Source of the DNA: Octopus vulgaris
Taxonomy: Eukaryota
Direction: 5' to 3'
Assembly: GCA_951406725.2 (NCBI GenBank)
Contig: OX597815.1
Coordinates: forward strand, 93,310,001-93,374,000
DNA length: 64,000 bases
Shown here piece after piece: positions 52,741 through 64,000 of this stretch; positions within the stretch are counted from its first letter, which is position 1, and every line of letters starts with the position of its first letter. The translations under genes were made by a program, and so were the position numbers. The notes under the pieces were generated by a model. That model ran no database searches. It saw nothing but the letters and a program-made list of their open reading frames with translations, and was not told the DNA's origin.

Positions 52741-55700
52741 TATTATTATTTATTGAAAAGTAGGATTCTTGTATGTGCACTAGCAACAGAGTTATTTAGA
52801 TGTAGGAGAGGAGGTGTGATTTGGAGCTTTGTAGAAGGCCACTACTTCATCATGATTCAGAAGAAAAGGCCTGTCTTAGAGTTTTACCTATATCATGGAT
52901 GGGGGTTCAGCAGAAAGAATCAAAATTTGTAGGGAATCTTCCAGTTTTTTTTTTTTTTTTTCAATTGTTTGTTACCCAAAATTTGAGAAAGGGAAGTACA
53001 AGATTGTTCCTTTCATATATGCAATAACTGCTTCGTGATTCTATTGTGATTGTTATGGCCCTTTAGAGGATGTTTTTGAGATCTTTGTTTATGGCTGAGG
53101 TGTAGGTTTGAGAGAGATATTTAGTCTGTGTGAGTGGGGAATGACAACAAACAGGTTTGTTCATGTACAAAAAGAGAGGAATAGCATGTGTAACAAAAAA
53201 GAAGGACATGAGGGACATAACCAAACAATGAGGCAAAGAACCCATAAATCAGTTTGGCTACAAACTTCACATGCAAAGAATGCCATACGTAGTTATTGCA
53301 CCTCTTCTAATTTTCGATAATCTAGAGACCGATAAAGATTAGAAACCACAAATAATTCAAAAATATATTGATTTCTTATATAGATACAAAGACTCAAGTG
53401 CAGTAAATAGTGGTATAGTTGGTTAGAGCAACCTAAGTATTCAACTGGTCTATATTTTATGAACCTTGGAAGGATGAAAAACAAAGTTAACCTCAGCGAG
53501 ATTTGAGCTCACAGTGTAAAGGTATGCAGCAGGCAATCATCATCATCATCATCATCATCATCATTTAGCGTCCGCTTTCCATGCTAGCATGGGTTGGACG
53601 GGTCAACTGGAGTCTGTGAAGCTGGAAGGCTTCGTCAGGCCCAGTCAGATCTGGCAGTGTTTCTACGGCTGGATGCCCTTCCTAACGCCAATATATTAAC
53701 ATAATAATCTATCAATATAATACAGATATTGCAGTATGAAGCGCACACACCTAATGAAACAATTGATGACACAATGACCAATGAGGGAGTCTCTGTGTGA
53801 TCACTTGACCTGTTATAGTAATACAGCCATATCTTCTTCAAATTACAGCCTACAATCTTTAATAACTATACTCTAGAGAATATAGTTCTTGATAAACACA
53901 AGGGAAGGTTACAGTTGGATCATTTTTCAATACAATCTTCTTGATCAGGGAGGACCTGAGGCTAAACAACAACTGATAACTCAAAATGCCAAAGCATGTG
54001 CACTGAAATTGTGTAATGAAACTATATTGTTCATTGTAGTTGTCAATGGTGGTGGTGGTTGTCATAATCATTGTTTTTATATCCACTTTTCCATGTTTGC
54101 ATTGGTTAGACAGAATTTATTGAGGCACATTTTCTACAACCAGGAATTGCTAGGCTTTACTTGTACCAAGCAAGGTAAGACTTCATTAGCCTAGCAATCA
54201 ACAAAACAGCCCAAATATAGTCACAAGTTTCTTTTCTTCTCTGTTTCTTTCTGGTTTTTGACAATGGTCACACAACATGTCAAGACATGTTAAAAAACTC
54301 AAACATGCTTTCTTAGTTGACTTTAAGCACATGACAGCACTTGTAGTTGATAGTAAAGCTGTTGTTTTGTTTATGAACCATTCTACTAAAATCATTATTG
54401 TTGGTGTTGTTACGGGTGTACAATACCACTAAGTTGTTGAATACAATAAATATTGATACATTAATAATATTACCTATATAGCTTCAACATTTTACAGTAT
54501 AATGTATTTCTAGGTTGAAACAGTTTTGTAGAGAAGTAAAACTTAGTATGAATCAGAACAAATTCTCTACTGCATAGAAATGGTACTGAATTTAACCATA
54601 ATTTTGGATTTTTAAAAAGATTCTACACTGTACATGCTGTAGCATAGCTGGGGTGTGCGTGCTTGGGATGGTGCTTTTATGGGAGGAGCACATTTTTAAT
54701 TAGTGTATATACCTGTGTAGGGGGTGGGCCAAACTCAAGGGCTGCCCCAGATAGCACACAATCTAGCTACATTGCTGTACATATGGCTGTGTGTGTGTGT
54801 GTGTATGTGTGTAAACATACTAATGTTTTTAAACATTTTCCTGCTGTATTAGGGTCCTAATAATTAATATTTGTCGAGCTAACACCAATACATAAATTAA
54901 TTCACCCTTGTACCAGCTGAGAGCTATTTTATAAATAAATATGAATTGTCTGTATTAGACTTTCACAACAATAGAATAAAAAAAAACACTTTACAGTAGG
55001 TTTGATATGTGTACACTGCTACAGAGTACTTGGGGGTCTATGCACTAAGGTATATCTATCAGAAAGTACCTATTTAGGTTTCAAATACATAAATATTCTT
55101 TGGTGCAGTAAATATTTTAGAACAAATGGTGTTAACAAAAGAAAGTACAAATACCACTGTGACAATGACATTTTAGCAATTTTGGTAGACAAAATATTAA
55201 AATGTCTTCAGCAGGAGTCTAATTTAAACTGCTAATCCATTATAAGTGACCTATTGAGTCATCTCTCTTTTGGCTGCCAGGTGAGACAAGTGGTGAATCT
55301 GTCATCTTGTTTCCTGTCACACAAACAGGAATTAATGCCTCATCTTAAAAGTGAAAGTTTTACTTTTTTTTTTCAAAGTTAATATTTCAAACTACTAGCA
55401 TGTATGAAATGGCTTATTTGTTGAAGCAACTGTTTTTATAGCTAGATGGCATCTTTCCTAACACTAAACCCTCAGCTGTGGAGTGGAGAAAGGAACCTAA
55501 TTGTTGTCTTGGCACAGGCTAGCTAAGGTAAGCCTTGATACTTTTGACCAAAAATACTCTATTCCTTTTTTTTTTTTTGTTGTTGCTGTTTCCCCCATCT
55601 CCAGGCATAATCTGTCTAATACTACATTATCTTATTAAGTCTTAGATATTTTTTCTGAGATACTAGAGCGTGATTTGAGAGAAAATTTGGCTGCAACTTC

Positions 55701-57495
55701 TAGTACATAAAGTGACCAGGTACAGGCTCCCTAATTGGTATATATTTTGGGTGTTTGCTCTGTTCAAGAACCTGGATCAAGAACAGTTTGCTTTGTTGCT
55801 GTTGTATTCGTATGCTTATGAATGTAGAAAGAGAGACATCACTGGTTACAGAGATCAGTCACTCCTTGGTTGTACGATACATTTCCCCAAAATTTATAGA
55901 GATCAATAAAAGCACAATATAAACATAAGTTTACCAAATAAGATAAGTAATACTGTATTAAAAGTAAAGGTCTTGTTGATATTGTATTGAAGGTAAGCTG
56001 CTTCAGCAGAAGTTATTAATTGTATTTACATTGTTAATAGGTGAAATTACCAGATTATCAAATATAAGATATTAAACCTCCAGGAAAAATTTATAATAAC
56101 TGCAATTCCATCAGATACAATCAAGCATTACACTACCATCAAGTATGATGTTACAGTTATTAAATGATCTGATATCACACTGTTACTAAAGGTGATTAGA
56201 TATCAAACTTTTATTAGAATAAGATGTTGCATTACTTTAAAAGTAAAGATATTAGACTACTATTAAATATGACAGTATATTACACCACCATCAGTTAAGC
56301 TAAGACATCATGCTATCATTAAGCTATTACTGAATACGAGTTAAATACTTATGCAAAGGTTAAATTAACACTACTTGAGAAAGGTATGAATACACAAACT
56401 GCAACTTCCATGTTTCTAGTCACCAACTAGTGGATACATAATTATTATACTCATTTACTATCACAAAAATATTAATATCCAAATAAGTATAATAATGGCA
56501 ATGTCAGTTTAAAGTAAATTTGTTCACATCTGTAATAATAACTAAATTAATTAATTGTTTCAAAATGATTCCTAACATAAGCACAAGTTTTCAAATTTGG
56601 TGTGAGGGAACAGCTGATTAGTGATATTTCAGTTCATGCCAGGTATTGACTTTATTAACACAGGAGGGATAAAAGTCAGAATTGAATTTAGAACTGTTAT
56701 GGGACATAGCAAAATGTTGCAGAACACTTTCTGTCTGTTGCTTCATCAATTCCACCCACTACCTACCTCACTGAAGATGTTAGGAACCATAATAACTGAG
56801 CTTTTTGATGGTATCTTTGTGATGCTAGGGTTGCTTACACTTTGGAAGGAAAACGTTTACGAAATATTTCTAGCAAAAGCAGATTGAAAATAAATCAAGG
56901 GTTTAATACAGTAAATGACTTTAGCAAGGAAGATATGTAAAATGAAAGTGTATGCATTGTAAATAACTTAAGTAGGATAATATGATGAAGTTTAAACATA
57001 CTCAGAGTAAACTGACACCAAAATGTAACGAAGCTTGAAACTGAAAACATGGCAATGACATGTTTACTACTGAAGACTAAACAATCACAAAGATTTGTAT
57101 AACCAAAGTAATTTCATTGAGCATCCAAAAGGTATCCTGAAAAACAGATTACATGAATTATCTGAGCCTCAAGAAAACAACATTAGACAGTTAAAAACTT
57201 AAGAAATGAATCACAACATAAGTTCAACCTCATACATAAATAAACATACAAAGATTTTATAAAGATAGATTGATTATTCATTTTGTTGGGATTAGATTCA
57301 AATAGATATGTATCTTATAGGAACAGTTTAAAATTACATCAGGAGAAAAAGTCTGTAAGATTCCACATTTACACTGAGACCTGTACGTGAGTCATATAAA
57401 AGCTTATATATGTCTGAATCACTTACAAAATTTAATAACTACTGGACCAGATGTTCTTGATAATATGAAGGAGAAAATATTTTTCTATCTTTAGA

Positions 57496-57533
<38 letters not shown>

Positions 57534-57890
57534 ATGCACATGTGTGTAAATATGCATGCGTGCACATATGCGCATGCGCACGCACACACACACACACACA
57601 TAGATATGTACATGTACACTCATGTATGTTGATTAAAATGAGTATGTTAACAGTAATGAATCAAACTTTCTGTATGTTTATCTACATAAGTATGAAAAGA
57701 AAATCGTGTGTGTGTATACACATACACTTAAAAGATTTTAAGGTGATATTTACTTCACAATTACAACAGTTGACTAATTTTAAAGAATAAACCTTTAGAA
57801 TAGGCTTATCTAATGTATCAAAATTCCAAAAAGAAGAAAATACCTGTTTTCTCCAACATAAGGACTGTCTATAGCAGAGCATTTTCTTAC

Positions 57891-57974
57891 CAATGCATAG
57901 AACAGTAAGTTGTCTGAGGCAGGATCTCCTCCTGTTGCTCCTTGTACAAGTATTACATTACCGCCCAACTTCAT
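57891..57974 (-). CDS. trio: Candidate alternative first coding exon of trio (phase-0 donor)
   Basis: ATG at 57974, 28 codons MKLGGNVILVQGATGGDPASDNLLFYAL, then TTG|gtaaga. In-frame TAG shortly upstream. Phase matches the acceptor at 38026. Confidence 0.4.
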
Positions 57975-58739
57975 TCCTTTATCTTTAGAATACTACAGTT
58001 TTAAATATTTTTTTACATACAGTCCATGTTGCAGTAAATTTTCCTTGAACAGTAAAATAAATCTTGGAATTGAAATCTAGTAAAATAACTGCAGCAAATC
58101 ATGCCTAGAAAGATCCCAAAATACTGCATAGCAGATATTTAGGCTTATAATAGTTGCATGTGGATGCATGATAGAGACAGGAAGAAAATCAACTATGGAT
58201 GTGATCCGATGCTAGAATGTAGTCCCTGGTATTGCCTGACAGACTCTTTAGATATCAATCTACTATCTTCTCCCCTTCCCCTTGTTCCCTCCCTGACTTT
58301 ACACACTCAACATTAATTGGTGGGTCCATTGTCCTATAGACAGAGATAATGTTGTCATACACTGACTGCACCAGTAGTAGCAGCAGCAGCTGCTACTGCA
58401 GTAAGGAGAAAGTGGGGAAAGAAGGGAAGATAAGGGAATTATCAGAAGTTTTATATTAAGCCCTATCCAACAGCAATGATGAAGGCTCAAGAAGTCTCAT
58501 GTAAAAGATGATCAACACAATACTGTAGTAATTAATACTTTGTAAACATTCAAATTACTTATATCTTCACTGATCCTATAGACAATGTCATATTACTCCA
58601 GTGAGTATTATTGTACACAAGGTCTATCTATTCCTGTAAACATGGTCTATCTACTTTCGTAAATACCCCAGTGTACAAGGTCAGGAGAAATAGAGTTAAA
58701 TCAATGGAGTAACTGTGCCTAGAGAAACAGGGAATATGT

Positions 58740-58870
58740 AGTGCATGGAACATTATTATACAGTGCTGTACTGTGGTTAGTGAGACATTATTATAGTCAT
58801 GTATTGCGGTTGGTGAAACATTATTATACAGGGATGTGATGTGGTTGGTGAAACATTTTATAGTAATGTA
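58740..58870. repeat. Degenerate ~33-35-bp minisatellite that resumes at about 60090-60230
   Basis: tgta..gtggttggtgaaacattattata units on both sides of the SINE and inverted-repeat block. Confidence 0.65.
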
Positions 58871-59105
58871 TAAAGCAACATGTTGGTTAATACATCACAG
58901 TATAATAATGCTTCACTAATCACAGTACATGCTATAAAATCTTTTCTTCTATAGGCACAAGGCTAGAAATTTTGGGGGAGGAGGCTAGTTGATTATATTG
59001 ACTGTAGTTCTTGACTGGTACATATTTTATCAACCCAGCAAAGATGAAAGGCAAAGTCAACCTCTGTGGAATTTAAACTTAGAAGTTAAAGCTGGTAAAA
59101 AAGCT

Positions 59106-59270
59106 GGCGCAGGAGTGGCTGTGTGGTAAGTAGCTTGCTTACCAACCACATGGTTCCGGGTTCAGTCCCACTGCATGGCATCTTGGGCAAGTGTCTTCTG
59201 CTATAGCCTCGGGCCGACCAATGCCTTGTGAGTGGATTTGGTAGACGGAAACTGAAAGAAGTCTGTCGTA

Positions 59271-59310
<40 letters not shown>

Positions 59311-59642
59311 CGCATGGCTCAGTGGTTAGAGCGTCGAGCTTACGATCGTGAGGTTGTGAGCTCGAATCCCGGACCGGGCTGCGTGTTGTGTTCTTGAGCA
59401 AGGCACTTTATTTCACGTTGCTCCAGTTCACTCAGCTGTAGAAATGAGTTGCGACGTCACTGGTGCCAAGCTGTATTGACCTTTGTCTTTCCCTTGGATA
59501 ACACTGGTGGTGTGGAGAGGGGAGGCTGGTATGCATGGGCGACTGCTGGTCTTCCATAAACAACCTTGCCCGGACTTGTGTCTAGGAGGGTAACTTTCTA
59601 GGTGCAATCCCATGGTCATTCATGACCGAAGGGGGTCTTTAC

Positions 59643-59692
<50 letters not shown>

Positions 59693-59893
59693 GTGTGTGT
59701 ATATGTTTGTGTGTCTGTGTTTGTCCCCCTAGCATTGGTGTGTTTATGTCCATGTCACTTAGCGGTTCGGCAAAAGAGACTGATAGAATAAGTACTAGGC
59801 TTACAAAGAATAAGTCCCGGGGTTGATTTGCTCGACTAAAGGTGGTGCTCCAGCATGGCCACAGTCAAATGACTGAAACAAGTAAAAGAGTAA
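59106..59893 (+). mobile_element. tRNA-derived SINE (family A) split by a nested SINE
   Basis: Same head and tail as 17416-17926. Its internal (TA)n carries an insertion at 59309-59646. Confidence 0.85.
59309..59646 (+). mobile_element. Young tRNA-derived CORE-like SINE (family C) inserted in (TA)n
   Basis: A box tggctcagtgg, B-box-like gagctcgaatccc, cttgagcaaggcacttta core. CpG-rich and flanked by (TA)n on both sides. Confidence 0.85.
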
Positions 59894-60239
59894 GAATATA
59901 CCAGACAAAATGTATAGCAGCTTTTTTACCAGCTTTAACTTCTAAGTTTAAATTCCACAGAGGTTGACTTTGCCTTTCATCTTTGCTGGGTTGATAAAAT
60001 ATGTACCAGTCAAGAACTACAGTCAATATAATCAACTAGCTCACTCCCCCAAAATTTCAAGCCTTGTGCCTATAGAAGAAAAGATTTTATAGCATGTACT
60101 GTGATTAGTGAAGCATTATTATACTGTGATGTATTATGGTTGGTGAAACAATACTATACATAGGTGTACTATGGGTAATGAAACATTATTATACATAACT
60201 ATATTGTAGATAGTTGAACATATTGTTTAACCATAAAGC

Positions 60240-61075
60240 AGTTATGAATTCAGCAAGGTACATATATAGGTGCCTGCCAGGAGTTTGTTCTTAGCCTCCT
60301 TCGTGTTTATTATTGTTATCCAGTCCATAACAGGAGTTTAAGATTGGTATTCATGGAAACTTATGTATGCTGATAACCAAGTTCTCATACTTCTGTTGAA
60401 GTAGAGAAGAAATTATAGAAGTGAAAGCTACATCTCAAATCTAGAGGTGACCATCTGGTAAGTAGCTATGCTCGTCAGAAAAGAAGTTCGTAAAAACTTT
60501 ATATTGTGTATGTAATGTTAGTTGTGGGTGTACTAGAGATGCAATGGTATCTCTGACAAGCTGATAAATAAGAATTCTTTTTTTTTTTTTATGTAGTACA
60601 TATATAGTAGTAGTTAGCAGTAAGGCCCATGAAATTAACATTTCCAATGCCTGGAAGATTCTCAGGAATTAGATGACAGTATCAGTTACTTAGGTGAGCT
60701 AATTAACAGTAGAGATGACTATTCTGAAATCATGATAGCGAGAATAAACTATTACCTTCACCAGCAACAAGGGATTTTTTTCCCCAAGTGAAGAGAAGAT
60801 TGTATGACCCTTGTACATGAAGTGTGATACTGCATATGTAGCAAAACATGAGTGCTAATGAGAACGATATGTGAAACATGGAAAAATAAAATAATAATGT
60901 AAGCAGGTTCAGCTGGATATGTAATGTTTGTCTGCATAAATGATGTAGCACAAATGAGCTGGTGGAGAAAGAACTAGGTATCACAGAAATCCGTGTGCAA
61001 GAGACGAAACTGAGCTTATATGGACATATGATGTGTATACACGAAGACTATTGGATAAAGATGTGTCAAGTGGGA
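60240..61075 (+). mobile_element. Highly degenerate RTE-clade LINE fragment
   Basis: Nucleotide similarity to the RT fragment at 21050-21310 (tatgctgataac, a YAD remnant) and to the reverse complement of 61110-61670. Confidence 0.65.
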
Positions 61076-61109
61076 CAAGAGAAATGCCCCATACGTCAAT
61101 GATCATACC

Positions 61110-61670
61110 AGCGCAAACATCTCTTTTGCACGCCACATCCAATGCTTCTAATGTCCAACATTTCTCTCAGGGTTCTTACACTGTCATGTATGCACACTGA
61201 CATTACACATCCAGCGGATCATGCTAGCTTCATTTCTTTCGAGCCTACACACATCCACCGCAGTCATGGCCCATGTTTCACCGCCATGAAGCATGGCAGT
61301 TTGCACACATGCATCGTACAATCTACCTTTCATTCTGAGGAAGAGGTCCTTTGTCACCAGCAGGGGTAGAAGCTTTCAAAACTTTGCCTAGGCTATTCTT
61401 ATTCTAGTGGTAACACTCTCTGAGCATCCACCCCCACTACTAACTTGGTCACCTAGGTAGCTGAAGCTATCAACTAGTTCTAGTTTCTGCCCCTGGAGTG
61501 TGATGGAATCTATTTTCTGAGCATCTGTGGTGTTTATTTCCCCTGTGCATCAGCTGCACATGAAAGCTATTTTCTTGGTTATTCTTCCTTTGATATTGCA
61601 GCACCTCTTATGTGTCCATAGCTTACACTGGGTACATCTTATGGAGTTTCTACCAACACCTTTTCTATAT
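61110..61670 (-). mobile_element. RTE-clade LINE ORF C-terminal fragment
   Basis: GVGRNSIRCTQCKLWTHKRC, FSYLGDQVSSGGGCSESV, RLYDACVQTAMLHGGETW, RLERNEASMIRWMCNVS; interrupted by stops. Confidence 0.85.
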
Positions 61671-61679
61671 ACATACACA

Positions 61680-61726
<47 letters not shown>

Positions 61727-62075
61727 GCAATGGGCTTCTCTCAGTTTCCATCTACCAAATCCACTCTCAGGGCCTTGGTTAATTATGATGTGCGATTCCA
61801 CTGGAAGTTGTATATATTGTGGGCTGAACAGCTTCCCTTCATTTTATTGACCTCATGACAATTTTGAAAAGGTTCACTGTGTTAAGATTCACTATCAATT
61901 AATCTTCCTTATTTAGAAGAAACAGTCAACAGTTTTAATGTCTCGGAAATCTTTAATGCCCAAATGAAAAGTAACAACCCCATACAATCACCAAACATTT
62001 CCACAACTTAACACCATCCAAGTTAACCCTCTTCACCTATACAAACCGGCCAATGGATGGGGAGGCGTTTGCTCA

Positions 62076-62119
<44 letters not shown>

Positions 62120-62247
62120 AAGAAAGATTTTCTTTAAAATTATTAACAATTACAAAAAAAACATTTTTTGCTTTGCAAGCACTAACTTTTGAGATCTCCC
62201 TTTAAATATTGTGACTGTATCAAGTATTTTTTACAAAAACTTTTTAA

Positions 62248-62359
<112 letters not shown>

Positions 62360-63332
62360 TGTTTGAATAACATAACCTGAACATAATTTACTATTACTTT
62401 GTAATTAACTACTTAGATGTACTAAATTGAAATAAAAAAATAGAATTAGAAACTAGAAATGAGCTGTCCCCAGTCATAAAGAGTTAGGTTCTCTTCAATT
62501 ATTTTTTTAATACACAAGTATCTCTCTGTACTTAAGGAATTTGTTTTGCAATCAGGCGTTTTCAGGTTTCACTCAACTGCATAGTACCTTAAGTAAATGT
62601 CTTTGCTATAGCCTTGGACTGATCCACTTGGTAGACAGAAACTGTATGGAAGCTGGTAATTAGTGTCTGTGCATGCATGCTCAAGTATAGACATCTGTGT
62701 AAATTTCCATGTGTTTTCACATTGTCACCAAATGAAACAAAAAAATGGAGACAGTGTTTATATCTGTCATAAGCAAAATGTTCCATCCTATCCCTAAGTG
62801 GTTTCATGGCATGTGAAGACCAATGGAATAAACACATGAAACACAAGTAAGGATTGGTAACAGAAAAAGCAACCAGTTGTTGAAAACTATTTCGATAACT
62901 CTCATCAAACTCATTAGCATGGAAAAAGTAGATGTAAAAAAGGTAGTGGTGGCAGTGGAGGTGGCAGTGAATTGTTATTGTGTTTTCAACATCACCCAGT
63001 GTTGTAGAAGCAAATATGCAATTCAACTACCAAACAATCTTACTCAGATGATGTATGAATGGGTTTCAAGTCAAACCACTAGTACTAAACGTACCAAATG
63101 TGCATGCACTGTTATTTAATCCTACCTTCATTGAAACACTATACTAGAAACCCTCTAAATATCTGCCTCTTATTCAAATCATTAAACATGAAATTGGAAC
63201 TGGAATCCTTTCAAAGTGCAAAGTCATTAAATATTACCTTTTGTCAATATATTTTAATTTGACTTATCAGCACTTTCAACACTTTAATTAACTCAATATG
63301 CTACTAATAATAGAATTAAATCAATAAAGAAA

Positions 63333-63394
<62 letters not shown>

Positions 63395-64000
63395 TTCTGC
63401 AACTATTCAAAAATTGATATCGAGAAATTAGTTTTTAGTTATTTCTTGCAGTATCCTTTAAATATTTTCAAAATATAATATTCATTTTGTAACATAATCT
63501 GAAAGCATATTCAGGCACCAGTATCTTATCTGAAAAAATATTTAGGCACCAGTATTTTACAAGGGTTTAACTTCCTTTAATAACATTGATCAGCCAATAA
63601 TACTGACTGAAATGATGGCAGTTATTAACTCTTCTAATTCCGTGAAAGCAACTAAATCCAAGATTCCAAAAATATATATTTATTCATTGTGTAATATCAT
63701 TTAGATTAAACTAAGCCTCTTAGAAATATAATTCTTCACAGTCATCATCATCATTGCCATTATCCTCATTATCTGTTGGCTTAATACCAGCTGACATGAA
63801 CTGAGCCTGTATTACTATTTCCAGACTTCTCAATCCTTACTCATCTCATCTGATCAGTCCTAACAATGATTGACTTATCAAATGCTGTCTTCTGCAAACT
63901 ACTACAGGAACCATCCACACTCTAGCATCTTTTATTCATTCATATTACATGTTCATACTAAAGCAAAAAGGAAGCTTTTTCATGGTCACTCAACATGCTA

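Larger units (their letters stand above)
58888..60136. repeat. Near-perfect inverted repeat, 219-bp arms (58888-59106 and 59918-60136)
   Basis: Arms compared by eye: about 4 mismatched positions in 219 bp. Confidence 0.92.

Noticed and set aside
59309-59380. tRNA gene
   Set aside because: A and B boxes are present but there is no proper acceptor stem, and it continues into a SINE core and tail.
58740-60230. Second CRISPR-like ~34-bp periodicity
   Set aside because: Contiguous degenerate minisatellite interrupted by SINEs; no spacers.
62589-63026. 145-aa ORF
   Set aside because: Runs through degenerate dispersed repeats and a SINE fragment; no recognisable domain or splice support.

Overview
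AT-rich, repeat-dense eukaryotic DNA; the SINE, microsatellite and transposon content resembles an octopus (coleoid cephalopod) genome, recognised from memory rather than searched. The window appears to lie inside a large minus-strand trio/kalirin RhoGEF gene. Three spectrin-repeat exons with GT-AG sites and consistent phases are visible: 38026-37835, 32695-32526 and 10077-10019. The introns hold tRNA-derived SINEs, two dead Tc1/mariner elements, RTE and R4/Dong-like LINE fragments, piggyBac-type MITEs and mini/microsatellites. Most interesting: (i) in-phase candidate alternative first exons and microexons feeding into the spectrin exons, including an N-terminal hydrophobic extension and a 33-nt microexon; (ii) two hammerhead-ribozyme-like motifs in the sense orientation of the pre-mRNA; (iii) a near-perfect 219-bp inverted duplication around nested SINEs; (iv) a patchwork templated insertion inside a SINE. 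All alternative exons are predictions without transcript evidence. Nearly all ORFs in the supplied track are spurious.
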